Of a stretch of DNA of 64,000 bases, positions 11,778 through 25,366 are shown piece by piece (the first letter of the stretch is position 1; each line of letters opens with the position of its first letter). This DNA is from Ruditapes philippinarum (taxonomy: Eukaryota): positions 124,001 to 188,000 of the forward strand of contig NW_026852366.1 of the NCBI RefSeq assembly GCF_026571515.1. Reading direction: 5' to 3'. The translations under genes were made by a program, and so were the position numbers. The notes under the pieces are model-generated. The model saw only the letters and a program-made list of their open reading frames with translations. It did not search any database and was not told where the DNA came from.

Positions 11778-13703
11778 ATGTCGTTATCGCTTTTTCTTGC
11801 GGTAAATTTTGGAGTTACTTTTCGTGCACGTAAGTACGCAAAGAAAGAACGCCTTTTGTTTATCAAAAAGATAGTACTAAATGCCGGTTAATACCAATAA
11901 AATCAATTTTATAATCTATTTTGTTTCCGGTCGCACATTCGTAAGCGAAATACACTATATATGGACGGAATGTATCACTATAACATGTATAAAGCAAACA
12001 TGATAACAATTTGTTTTTATATTATCTCGATTACAGTTATTCGATCAGATCTTTTGAAACTATCAAATGGAGAAGCATGGTTGAGGCTCATATGAGGTTC
12101 AAACCAATGATCTATGGATGAGTTTTGATACATTGTACATCTTTAAAAAAATATCAATTTTGTATTATTCATTAGCGGGACATAAAATATGATTTTCATT
12201 TTAGTGCAGACAGCAGACGGCTATGACGCAAAGTCAGTAGGGGTAATAATAGGAATAGTTCTAATTCCTTTTGTTATAATAATGGCAATTGTCATCATAA
12301 TTGTCATATGTTTGAAGAAGAATTGGCAAAGTAAAATACATCAAAGACGAAGAAGTAGAAGAAGTAGAAGAAAGCAGAGAAACAAAATCAAGCACAACTA
12401 GAACTGTTCATCAACGGGAAACAACAACTACTAGTAAAAATATGCATTAAATATTTTCATTGCGATATTATACTCAGTAATTAAAACGCGTTCTTTCGCA
12501 AATCGCACTAATATATATAATTGATAGTATTAAAGATTTCTATTTTAATTTTTGTGGCCACCTGTATAATAATGCATTTTTAAGTGATTTCTGATTCCAA
12601 ATCCTGAATTTTAATCATCCTTTGAGATTAACACGTTGAATATTTCGTTTTTTTTTAAACATCAATTTAAACATTCAAATATAAATAAATTATGTATATT
12701 GACAGACACACCAATTGAAAGATTACCAGTCATTCAAGAAGAACACGAAACTACTGGAGTGTCTTATACGAGCATAACAGATCAATCTAAAGTTACACTT
12801 TTTCAAAAAGATACAGTGTCAAGAGATGATAAAATGGGTGAAAGTAACGAAGAAAAAGTAGAAAGTGACGAAGAAAAAGTAGACAAAGATAAAGTTAACA
12901 AGACACAAGAAAAATGTTCAATAGAAATAGAAAGAGTAAAGTCAGAATCTGAAGAGCCAGGATCTTCTGAGATAAAAGAAGAGCCATGTCCATCTGGAGA
13001 GGATTTTATCGAAAACAGCAGATTGGAAAACGACCCATGTCAGGGTATAAAAAGTGAAGTATCCATTACGCGTATGTTTGAAAATGAAAGTATTTTGAGG
13101 AAAGATGTACCGTATTTGAATTCTACAGAAAATATTGTCATTGAGTACGACCCGGCTATGACATACAAAAGGGAACGAGAATTGAAATCAAAAAGTGACG
13201 ATAGTCTCCATTTAGCATGTATAAGATGTAAACAAAATGACATCGCTCCTAGAGATTTTGAATGTACCCGAGATGACAGTGACTTGAATCTCAAATCTCA
13301 AAGTAAGATAGAAATTGACGCACAGTTAGAAACAAAGATAACAAGTAGTTCTGAAGGCACATTACTAGACGACAAGAAGAAAAATGCATTGAAAAGAAGA
13401 TCATCTTTAAAATACAAAGTGACAAAGAAGTCGATTCAGTGGAATTTCAATTATGCATCTCCGTATGCATTGACAGATAAACAAAAGCGCGAAAATAATG
13501 AGTTAAAACTCAAAACTCTGAAGCAAAGAAAACAAGCATTGAGAAGAAAGTTTTTCGAGAAAGAGAAAAAGCAGTATGAAAATCATTTAGCATTTGAGAA
13601 ATGGAAACGACAGAAACATGACAAAATTTTTAAACATTATAGACAAGACATATGGTCCATTCACAGAATGAAATTTGATAGCAATAGACACTGGTATCCT
13701 TAG
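11778..13703 (+). CDS. Gene B: 3-exon ectodomain-less type I membrane protein; exon 2 is frameshifted as assembled
   Basis: Exons 11778-11829 (MSLSLFLAVNFGVTFRA, donor gtaagt), 12205-12433 (TM) and 12706-13703 (intact tail ending WYP). Exon 2 is 229 nt versus 219 nt in A (extra agtagaagaa), giving a stop at 12399. Confidence 0.7.
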
Positions 13704-15058
13704 CCGATGTTCCTTGCTGTTATCTCTCTAACCTTGTTCTTTCAACATTTAAAAGAAATGATAGATTATTGCAGTTATAAATTATATTACAATTAAACGA
13801 CACGCGCATAAATGCGTAATTTGATTTGTGTCAGACCCACATGTTCCAACCTATGCTATATTACATGCATGGACGGCATTTAGTTATATTGTAAGACCTT
13901 GTGACATTTACATGTAACAAAATATTATCAAATTTAAACTTTTATAAGCTTGATCACAAAGTAATAAGTTCGCAAACGCACCCAATAAGCATTTAATGGA
14001 AATGTGATTATGATGTACTTAAAATGATCAAATAAAATTTGGGACCAACGGATTACAAATTATATTTTTTTTACTTACCAAAGAAGATATTTTCGGATTT
14101 TATTTATAAATGTTTGTCTGAATTTCAAACAAAAAATGATATTAGTCTCTTATTACTAAAACCTTACTTTATAAAATGTATTTTAGGCTCATCAGTTTTT
14201 TCATTTACATACTAATACAATACCCGTTTCAAGCGAGTTTCACTTAACTAGTTTCACAAATGATTTTGCAAGTTTATCAGTTAGTTATGCGGTGCTTGAC
14301 TTTTTTAACAATCATTAATTGAATGTTAAGAGTATTGATGTAACAAGTAATTTTGTTCTCTTTGAGTTGAATATCAATTATAATTGTTTTTGTTGTTGTG
14401 GTTGTTTTTTTATATATATTAATAGATATCGAAATTTGTGCAGACGACATGATAGTCTAACTCATTTCCCGAGATGACACTTTGGGTCTCACCCTGTGTT
14501 GACAGACTGTGTTGTGATACCCATATGTGTAAAGTTTACCGTGAATACCTTTTAGTTAACTCAAAATATCAATTAAAAAGTACGATTATAAAGAGATTTT
14601 CTGTTACAGTCGGAGGGGAAGAAACTTATCTTTAAATTCTTTAAAAATAACACAACCAAAAACAAAGAAAAAAAGTTTAAAATACACAGACACATTTTCA
14701 TGTTTGTTCTTTCATTTGACTTATATACGATAATATTTAAAGAAAATTGTAAATTAAAAACAGTATACATTTTTGTTTAGATATTTTTAAGCCATAGCAA
14801 TTGTATTGTTTAGCTCCCGCCTCTAACCTCAAGCCCTTTAACAATTATTTAAACAGTAACAAACTTCAAACTTAAAATGTCGATACGACTTAAATTTTGT
14901 ACCTTGATATACCCAGCTTTAAACGTTTCTTTTTGTTTTTATTCACGTATTAATAATCACTTGTATGAGCTTACACGCCTCATTGGCTTCTTTTGTCTTT
15001 TGAAAGTATGACCGAATCTAACGTAAATAAACCCAAATAGAACTAACTAAAATAAAAA

Positions 15059-17579
15059 ATGACGCTTAAAATTATTTTGTGGATTTATATTTTACCAATA
15101 TGCCGAGGTAATTTTAAAGGATCTATATTAATATGTTTATTATTTTCTGCACTTCATTTTATCCTAGCATTACTCAAATATTTTTTTTTATTTACAAGTT
15201 GTAAGCCACATAAAACCAAAGTACGTCAAATTATGCCTAATGGTTTTTTCCTTTGATAAAATATAATTCATGCAGATTCGACCAGTTTCATATCTTTTAA
15301 TAGATAGATAACAAAAAATAAAAAAGAACAAATTTATACTTGATACTACATAATATTCTTGAAAGTTATATTCAAAGTGCATGTAACTGAATTGAAAATT
15401 GAACATGCATGAACTTAAAAATGATTGAATTACGGAGGCGTCCTGGGTGACCTAACGTTTTCGCTATAAGATATATTACCATCCTCCAGTAAACTAGATC
15501 CAAATAAGATAAATTTCGATAAAGATATTTTTCTTTGTCAAGAGTTGGATAAGACTGAATTTATTTGATATGGGCACTATGTTATAGACTATGAAATGGG
15601 CAATTCAACTAGCCCTGGTAGACATTTATTTTTGTTGTTGTTGTATTTTTTTGTTGTATTTTCCTGAGATGCTCCACTTTTTCATGCCTCATGAATATTC
15701 TCTACTTGCTCTTTTAATCAAAGCCGTTTGATATGATTTTAATTTACCGATTAACAGAAAGAAATGTCATTTGTTTATTAAAATGTGTGTTGTCGCATAC
15801 TGTCTGATATAGTCAGTTACTTTTGTATTATATATAATCTTGTTTATCCCGATCTCAAATTTATTAGACAGGATCTAAAACAAAAATGCATTCCATTCCA
15901 TGGATCCACACAAGATATTGAAATATTCATTGAATTACATAAGAACCTTTACAAAGTAATTATGATTAATGCAATGAGATAATTTACACGTATTTTCCTT
16001 TTGCTTTTTGTATTAATTTATCAATATATACATTGGTATATAATTTGCTGAAAGATTGCTATATGATTTATATTTTAGTGCAGTCTGCAAACGGTTATGA
16101 TGTGACGTCACCAGGAGCTATAATAGGAATCGTTCTAGTAGCTATTGTTATAATCACGGCAATCGTCATCATAGTTGTCATCTGCTTGAAAAAGACATGG
16201 CATAAACAACGAAGACAAAATACAATATCAAACAAGACAAAGAAAGTTCCAAAAAAGCCAACAACGATTTCAGGTGAATACAGTCATAACATAGAACTTT
16301 ATTAAAAGTTAAATATTCAATATATTCCCTTCTGTTAATCTTTATTGTAAACGGTATGCGGGTGCATAATAAAATGGTTTTCTCATTCATCTTATGTAAT
16401 ATGGTGTATCGTCTTTTTAAATAATTAGTTACAATTGTTGTAGAACTGTTATAATGTTATAATTTATGGTGCCATTTAAGTTGCAATCCATATTTTTATC
16501 TTAAATTAAAATGTAGATTGTGTTTGTTTAGAATTTCTTTTCACAATACATAGAAGCAATATGTAAACCTGAATTTATGTACATATATTTTAGAAACGCT
16601 TATCGAAAAATTGCCTGACATCCCAGAAGTAGACGAAAATATAAGTGCGTCTGGTGTAAGCGTAAGAGATGAATCTAAACTAACGTTTTATCAAATTGAC
16701 AATGAGGCAAGCACTACTGAAGCGGGTGACATTGATAAAGAAAATGAAAAAGTGGAACAATATGAAGCTAACAAAATAAGTGAGGATATGACTGTCTCAG
16801 TGAAAACCGATAAGATACAAACACAAACTGAAGAATCAGAAACATTTGAGAGCAAACCAGATGAACCAAAGTCATCTGGTGAGGATTTGGTAAAGACAAT
16901 CAACTGTGAAAGTGAAACAACACAGGATATAAAAAGTGAAGTATCCATCACACGTGTAATTGAAAATGAAAATATTTTGAGGAAAGATTTACCTTATTTA
17001 AACTCTACAGAACACATTTTCTCAGAATATGATCCAGCTATGACATACAAATCGGAGAGTGAATGGAAATCAAAGAGTGACGAAGGCTTACATCTACAAT
17101 CGATCAGATTTGAGAGAAAAAATATCGCTCCAAGAGCTTTTGAAATAACTCGCGATGACAGTGATTTGAATCTCAAATCTCAAAGTACGATAGAGGTTGA
17201 AATGCACGAAGCAACAAAGGTATCCAGTCGATCCGAAGGAACATTAACTGATGATATGAAAATAAAATCATTGAAAAGAAGATCATCTTTAATATCTAAA
17301 GTAACGAGCAAATCATTCCAATGGAATTTCGATTATATATCTCCATATGCAATGACAGATAAACAAAAGCGTGAGCGTTATGAGTTAAAGCTTAAAATTC
17401 GTAAGCGAAGAATGCTAGCATTGAAACAAAAGTTAGCTGATAAGGAAAGACAACAGTATGAAAATAAACTAGCATTTGAGAAATGGAAACTACGAAAACA
17501 GGGCGAGAAACATTACGAAGGAGACATTGGGTCTTTTAACAAAAGAAAATTTAATAAATATAATTACTGGTATCCGTAA
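15059..17579 (+). CDS. Gene C: intact 3-exon, 409-aa type I membrane protein with a minimal ectodomain, acidic tail and C-terminal coiled coil
   Basis: Exons 15059-15107 (MTLKIILWIYILPICR), 16079-16273 (TM GAIIGIVLVAIVIITAIVIIVVICLKK) and 16594-17579. Both introns are phase 1 GT-AG; 1230 nt open frame. Confidence 0.8.
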
Positions 17580-18378
17580 TCAATGACTTATTATCATTTA
17601 TCCTCTCTAGAATATATTCATTTACTTCAGTGTGGAAGAATAAATACATTTCCACAACGTTGAAAAGTCATAATCATGCAAGTATATAATACTTTATGAT
17701 AAAAGTAAACAAAAAGTACTAGTATCATCTTATTTATTTGAAATCCACAAAGCCAGCAAGTACGTTCGAACACACAAAAAATATGCAAAATAGCATGAAA
17801 TAATGACAAATATTGTAATCTCTAAAACAGTATCAAACGTGCGAAATAAAATGCTGATTTACACAAACGTAGTACATTGAAATACTCGTCTGATAGCATA
17901 CATATAATTAAAGAACATAATCTCACAGGACAACTAAAATTTCAGAAACACATATCGTTTATCAAAAATGTCTGATTTCTTCACTAAGGACAAACATAAT
18001 ATCTTTTAAATATATATTGAATAACAAGTTTTGTTTAATACTATAAGCGTCCGTCTAAATCATCAAATAATGAATCGGCTATTCCTTTTTACATTAGTAA
18101 CTATGTGTTTCAATTCCAACAAATGCACGACAAACAACTTGAACTAAAAATATGTTTTATGCTGCCTCCCTCTCTTGTTATTTATGTAACGATTCATACC
18201 TATTTTACATCTGGGACATACAACTTGCAATGCTACCAATTTAGTTATACGTATATGACTTAGTTTGATAAATTTATTTTGCATAGAGAGTTCAATGTTT
18301 AGATTTAGGCTGAAAAAGATTAAAGTCCAGTACCAGACGTAATTTGCTTGCGTTGATCCTTTAAGAGCGGGTTTTTTT

Positions 18379-21300
18379 TCAAGTTGGATACCAAAATGTA
18401 CTTTTTGCTTTCTCATAAACATTTTCTAAGCTTTTATTTTTCGCCGTTGTTGTCTTCATTTTACTCTGTTTCCACTTTTCAAATGCTAACTGATTTTTTT
18501 GAAGTCGCTTCTCCTTTTCTTTTTCTTTTTGTCTTTTAATTTGCTCTTTCTTCTTTTTTAATTTTACTCTTTTATCAATGATATCTTGCTTTTGTTTATC
18601 AGACAAAGCGTATGGAGATCTGTACACAAAATTCCATTCGAGAGGTTCATAAGATATCTCTGAAGATATACGTGTCGAATTCCCTTTTTCTATAGCATCC
18701 ACTAAGTTTCCTTCAGACTTATGCATTCTGTCTTGTGTTTTAATTTTACTCATTGTTTTATTGTCTGTTTCCATATCCAGAGCACTATCATCTCTTGAAA
18801 ATACGAAAACATTTTTCTGATTATTTTTATTTTCTACACAGTCTATTATAATACTTAAGTCGCTTTTAGAAATGTTGTAATTTTCAGTCTCATTAGTCAC
18901 AGTGGCATCAAAGTCAGAAAAGATATTTTCTGTAGAATTCAAATGTGGCATATCTTTTCTTAATGGTTTTTCGATTTTCGTGATACGTGTTACAACTATT
19001 TCGTCACTTTTGTTTTCTATAATGTTCTCGACGTCATTTGAATCTAAAGGCTCGACAATATCATCAGTAAGTTTACTCCCACAAGAAACGTTCCCGTTCA
19101 ATTCCTGGTTAGCAATACAAGGTACACTGCATTTACCTAGTATTATATCCTCTTGGGTACATTCAGTTGTATTTTTATCAGAGTTTATGGTAGAAGTACT
19201 CATCTGCCCTGATGTTTTGTGATCAGGTCTACTCATTTCAAGTGATAAATCAAACATGTCATCATTGTTGAACTGCGATCGTTCGTCTTTATTATTAAGC
19301 GATTTTCCTTGTGTCGCGGTTTCGTCATTGGATGATAGTGTCGTTTGAATACCATTGTTAATATACAATTTCTCTTTGCTTGTTTGGTTTTTTGGTTCTT
19401 CGTTAATAACTTTTTCTAAAAGGTATGATTTTAAAGTGAATGTATGTTAGTTCAAACTTATACACGTATACTAACGATATAAATTCAATTTCGTATAAAC
19501 TTGTCTGTCAAGACTTTCTTAAAGTTAGCTAAGTTTTTACCGGTCATTTACCTAGTGCAAGGAGTCTCAATAATTAATTTATACACATTAAAATGTTGGG
19601 GTTAATTTAAGTTAATAAAACGATAGTACCTGAAATAATTTCTGATGTGTCGTGTTGAGATGAAATTCTTTTCTTCTGGTTGAAGGTACGTCTCTCTCGA
19701 CAGCATTTCCCTTTCAAACAGACGATCATATTTATGATGATAATTGTCAACACGAGTGTGCCTATGACAATGCCAGCAATTGCTGCAGCGGAAAGTCCAT
19801 TGCATGGTCCTTCAGCTCGTTTGGCTTGTAGAAAAACATCAGTAGATGTATTAATATTATATTGCTCTCATCACTCATATATGTATAAGTTAAATATATA
19901 TAAACAAAAACGATAAATACATAGACAAATGTATTTAAAATCTGATTGTCATGTATAGGAATTTCATGAAAATCATGTATACCAGAGGAAAAGCAAATAT
20001 TAAAATCTATCGAGATATTATACTTATAATATTGAGAGCAGACACTTAATCTGTATTTTGTGTTATTTCAGTGAGTACAGTCAAGCAAAACGGAATCTGT
20101 AATTCTTTCTTTTTATCATTTTTCTCAGGCACCCTATAATACACTGTACCAAAATATTTTTTTTCTCTAAGATTACATCATACATATGCAACATCCTTCG
20201 TTATCAGAATAATAGTAATAAATAGAAAATGTAAACTTAAGCTTTTAGCACAGTGATCTATTTATCTTTCAGACAAGAAAATAGTCTTTATGTTGGTATG
20301 TTGTTATGTACAAGAGCTTTTACTGATTCAATCACTTACGACACAGCTCTGAAAAAGAAACAAAAAACGAGAATTGTCATAGTGCACTAATTGAAATGTT
20401 TTCAATATCATATGAGAAACAACTGATTATGTTTTAGACAATACTAAAAACGATATTCATATCGAATCATTTGTAGAATAATGATAATCACTTATTACTG
20501 TTTAAGTCATACGATACTAAATGCGTACATATGGCAATAACAAATTTAACACAACTGTACATTACTTGCAATAAACACTTTAGTCCAAGGAATTTACCCT
20601 GTAAATATTTGTACTTACTTCTTGGTGTAAGTTGCATGTTCAGTCCTGCAGAAGACATATTGGAAGCAAACACCGGTTGTTCAGAAGGTGTTTGTCCCTT
20701 TCTACAGCTTCCTGGAGTTTGTGAAACATTGAGACTCCCGTCAGAGTTTCTACTTGATACCTAGATGCAATTTTAAAATGTTATATCTTTACAGCTCAAA
20801 TATTAGCAACAAGTAAAAATGACATTTATTAGAATTGTAGATGCGACAAATGATTCAAAATTGAAACGTGTTGCAAGGATCTAAACTCATATCAAGCTCA
20901 AATAGCAGGGAGATTTTTAATTTATTCTGCGTATATTTCTTAAATATCTTTTGCATCCATTTTCTGTTTTAAGTGCCCAAAATAATGAATGTAAAAATAT
21001 TCAAATTTTGTGACCTTACTGGAGTTAAGCTAAATAAAACATGTTTTCTGAAGACAGATTATATGAACGTACCATGCATGTAAATCTATGTGTACCATTT
21101 GAATGATTCACAAAATTATCTTCATTATACAGGGTGTGATATGTGTAGCTCCCAAATGTTAGAGTAAAAACACAAAATACACTTCCATTCCCTTAAACAG
21201 AAAGCACATTTATAGCGATTTATAATGTAACACATATGCAACCCTAAATAAAGCATGGCGATGAAAACGTAAAGCACTGAAGATAGATATGTATATTTCA

Positions 21301-24300
21301 GCTGCAAGAAAATATAGACAGATTTTGAATAGTTACATCATCTTGCCTGACGAACTTCAGCACATTTAAACTAAGAAAGAAGTAGCGTGTATTTTTATTA
21401 TGGATTTATTCAAATTACCAAGGAAACTGCATTATCATTTAATTAATGTAAAATAAGAAATTATGTAAATTTCGTAATCACTTAAAAGTAATTAACAAAA
21501 TCGTGTAGTTTTATCAATTGTTTTGAAAATAAGATGGCACAAAAAGGCAACCTTTTCTTGACTACTTCTAAAACATATCATTCAAATAAATATATGCTCG
21601 TAGTATTTTCGAATTATGTATGTTCTGTAAAGAAAATCCTAGTGGTAATGGTATTTGAGAATAATCTTTTCACCAGAATAAGAAATCTTTGTATCACAAA
21701 TAGTGTAGTTGAATGTCATTCGCTCATAATCTGTACAGACATCCCAAACTTCGTTACCAGTCCCGCAATAGCTATTCTTTGATTCTAAATCTTTGACAAT
21801 GTAAAAATATTCTCCGAAAAACGTCGATGGACATTCTTGTTTAGCGAACACTTCACTTCCTGAAAGATACAGTCTAACTCAGTTGGTAAGTACAATGTAC
21901 GAACATAGCTGATTATATCCTAACTTGTTTGTAGAGTAAAATACAAAAAATAGAATAAATGGAAAAGATAATATTTGTTATGCAGTAGTGCCATCACCGT
22001 CATATGATATCAATATGGTCATGCAAGATTCAAGATATATGTTCATAAACATTGACGCTGACCTTTACTACACTCCACTTTTGTTTTATACAAACGTTTC
22101 AATGATCAACTGAACCACGGTTTATGACATGAACAATTAAAAGTATAAAGTTTGTTTGGTATTTAGATTGTATCTATTTCAAATTTGTATTTATTTACTG
22201 TAAAGATCGCAATGCATGACAGATATGCGTTAGAAGCAAGCGTATTACTTATTATTAATCTGTATAATAAAGATAATTTGTATTATAGTTACAAATAAGT
22301 AAAATGATGAATCAACTGTAAAGAAAAATACATAATCCTTTTTAAATGTACATGTATATGTATTTTCAGAAAATATATTTGATGAATTTATATAGATATT
22401 AAACATTTGTTTGAGATTTCTTACCTAAATAATTATAGCAATTTTAAATATTTCTTTTGACTAGCAATGCAACGACACTCAATATAAACAGTAGATAATA
22501 TTTTATCATCTCTTAACACACAAATAGCTTTACCTTGTTTGACAAGTACATGATATTCGCCAGTTTCTGGAAATTCTGCTGCTTGTGAAGCGGTTTCTGT
22601 ACTAAAACACAGCTGTTTTACTGGATCAGAAACTACTGTAGACGAAAGAGTTGCCGATATCCTCTCATATCGATATTTCTCCTCTTCAGCTTAAAATAGT
22701 AACATCTTGCTTAAAGGGTAAATTGCATATATTCTGAATGAATATGATTACTTAATGAATAAGTTATTATTAATTAATCTTACAATGTACTCGTGGTTGT
22801 TAAGGTTATCTACTACTACTATTTTACTTTTAATTCATTTTTAAAACATACAAGTTGGCATTACCAATGCATTCTTATTGTACAAGCATGAAACGTAAAA
22901 TTACAACAAGTGAATTTAATGAAACATTATATAGTGTGATACAGGGTGGTGTATGCATTTACAGATTGCTCCAGTTTACTTACAGCTGTTTTGCAACACT
23001 TAACTGGTATTAAACAACCAGAGAATGGCATGATAATTTAATAAATCTGATTGATATATTGATTAATTTCAACTTACCCCACAAAAGATAGTAATAATAT
23101 GATTGCGATGTTATTTCTTTCAATTCCATACACAAGTAAGCTGTATACGGCGCACCTAGTATTGTGATGTTCTGTGTTTGTCTTAAACGTAAATTTTAAC
23201 TTTTAATGCACTAAATGTTAAAACATATGATGCTTTCTTGTAAAATCAACTGTTAGCCTTTGATTGCCATATACAAGTGAGCGGCAAAGTAAATAATAAG
23301 CATTGAAATGCTTTTCGTTTGTCAAAACAAATAATAAATCATATTGAAAATTCCTTCTATTTTTTCTGCTGACTGTTCCAAAGTCAGAAATACAAAGCAT
23401 TGTGAAAACTATGTTAAAATTGACAAATAAAGCGTAAAATTTGCAAACAAAATTGCAACAATGCCCTTTTCTATTTTAGCTCTGAAAATGTTAACCATAT
23501 CTACCGCGTTTGGTGCTACATGCACATAGTACGAGAAACTTTGTTGTCTCTAGTCGCTGACTCTTTGCTCTTATTTCTATTGAACTGATCGTAAAAGACC
23601 ATGTTAAAGATTAATATATTCAATTCCGATAAGTCGTAAATAGATAAATAAATAAAAGACCAATTTAAAGATTAATCAATTTCTATAACTTGTATCTAAA
23701 TGAATAAATAAAAGACCATGTTAAAGATTAATCAATTTCGATAACTCGTATATAAATGAATGAATGAATGAATGAATGAATGAATGAATGAATGAATTAA
23801 TTAATTAATTAATTAATGCCAATAATTGATAAACGTTTATTTTATCAGTTGACTATAATAGCAGAATAGTTTGATATTTTGTTATATTTCATGTACGTGC
23901 GACTTTAAAATGCAATGATTGAACAGAATAAGTAACATAGAATTCCTTACACCATGATGAGGAGGAGTTTCGTTGAATCAGTACTAGTATGCAGACATTC
24001 CCAATTCTCAAACAAGTCCCCGTTTTCTGTTTGAAATTCCCACCCTGTCATGTTAGTGGTGCTAAACTTCAGCTCCCCTTTATCGCTGTCAATCCAAACC
24101 GAGTTTTGGAATTGCTCCGGTAATTCACAAAATGAGGCGATCTCTGGAATTTGAATATTAATCACATCTTTACCATACTCATTACTACACTTCTTGCTAC
24201 TGATACATTTGTTTTCCACATTTATGTGGGTAAATTTAAAATATATCTTAATGTGGAGAATCTTCAACATCATTTGTTTCTAAACCAACTTTCAGGACAA

Positions 24301-24793
24301 ATGCCGTGAAGTTGGTGAAAGACTTACACATGCATGTAATATTATGATCATTTCTTGATTGTCAACCATGCCAGTCAATCAAGCCAAGTTCAGAATGTGA
24401 GTAACGTATACATAATATACATTTATATGGGCAAGGATAATAAAAGAACAATTAAAATGAAAAGAAAGCAAATAAAATCAAATTGATGACGACGACGGTT
24501 ATGCTGATGGTTATGAAGAATTTTCTTTCAATGCCCATCATAGAAAGATACGACAGGTATAATATATAAAAACTATATACAACTATTATTGTATCAGATA
24601 TTTTATTCCTAGATTAACACATAAAAAGGTATATTTGTATCAAATATAAAATTTGTACGTTAAAAAAAGATTATCTCGCACGTTGTCTTAAGAAATAAAG
24701 ATAATATTATATTGTATAATTTATAAGAAAATCAAAACACATACCTCGGAAAAGATGAATAATAAGGATCCACATATAAAGAAAAAATAACAT
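18379..24793 (-). CDS. Gene D: 10-exon, 729-aa type I membrane receptor-like protein (Cys-rich DUF7042-like ectodomain, TM, tail homologous to genes A-C)
   Basis: Exons 24793-24745, 24143-23951, 23181-23078, 22689-22534, 21859-21674, 21191-21073, 20760-20619, 20348-20340, 19824-19630, 19415-18379. All GT-AG, 2190 nt open frame. Exons 3-8 match gene E exactly in length. Confidence 0.85.
23614..23818. repeat. Triplicated ~60-bp unit followed by a (tgaa)n/(ttaa)n microsatellite
   Basis: aaagacca..ttaaagattaat x3, then tgaa x~9 and ttaa x~5. Confidence 0.8.
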
Positions 24794-25366
24794 TTTTGCA
24801 GTAGTTCATGTAAAATTCTTTCCATTACAAAAATATTTGTAAAATAGTCACTAACACAAAACTCCAAAGATCACGTTTCGGTTATCGATTTCGGGAAACT
24901 TAAGATAAGATAACTATTGTTTTAGGTACGACGACGGTATGCGAAAAACATAATTGTTTACAAATACAAATGTTAACGATAATTACTTTTAAATACCGGG
25001 GTCGATAAAAGTTCTTATTTAAATGCGTTGTTGTTGTTGTTTTGTCTTTTTTGCAATTTCCTATTGTTAATAAATTTTCAAATATATAGATAGCTTATAC
25101 ATTAAATCAATTTAAAAAAAAAACAAAAAAAAAAACACTCTCAGGGTACTTTGAAATCTAAAACTTTTTTTTATCGATGGCATATTTATGTACACTTAAA
25201 AACCCAAACCTATTGACGTTGAAAAAAGACACGCCTCATTTAGTTATAATACCTTTTGTTTTCATTGATTGATTGATATAGATCGCTTTTCCATAATGAA
25301 AACACTAGCTTTTGAATTTAAGTTAGATCTCGCCATGGACATTTTATAAGCAGGCTAACAAAAAAT
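24794..25366. promoter_or_regulatory. Putative bidirectional promoter shared by genes D and E
   Basis: Only 573 bp separate the divergent start codons. Inferred from position; no motif evidence. Confidence 0.55.

Noticed and set aside
13040-13294. Recurrent minus-strand ORF MRFKSLSSRV (also 4082-4303 and 16994-17176)
   Set aside because: Antisense shadow of the conserved RDDSDLNLK coding segment; non-ATG start.
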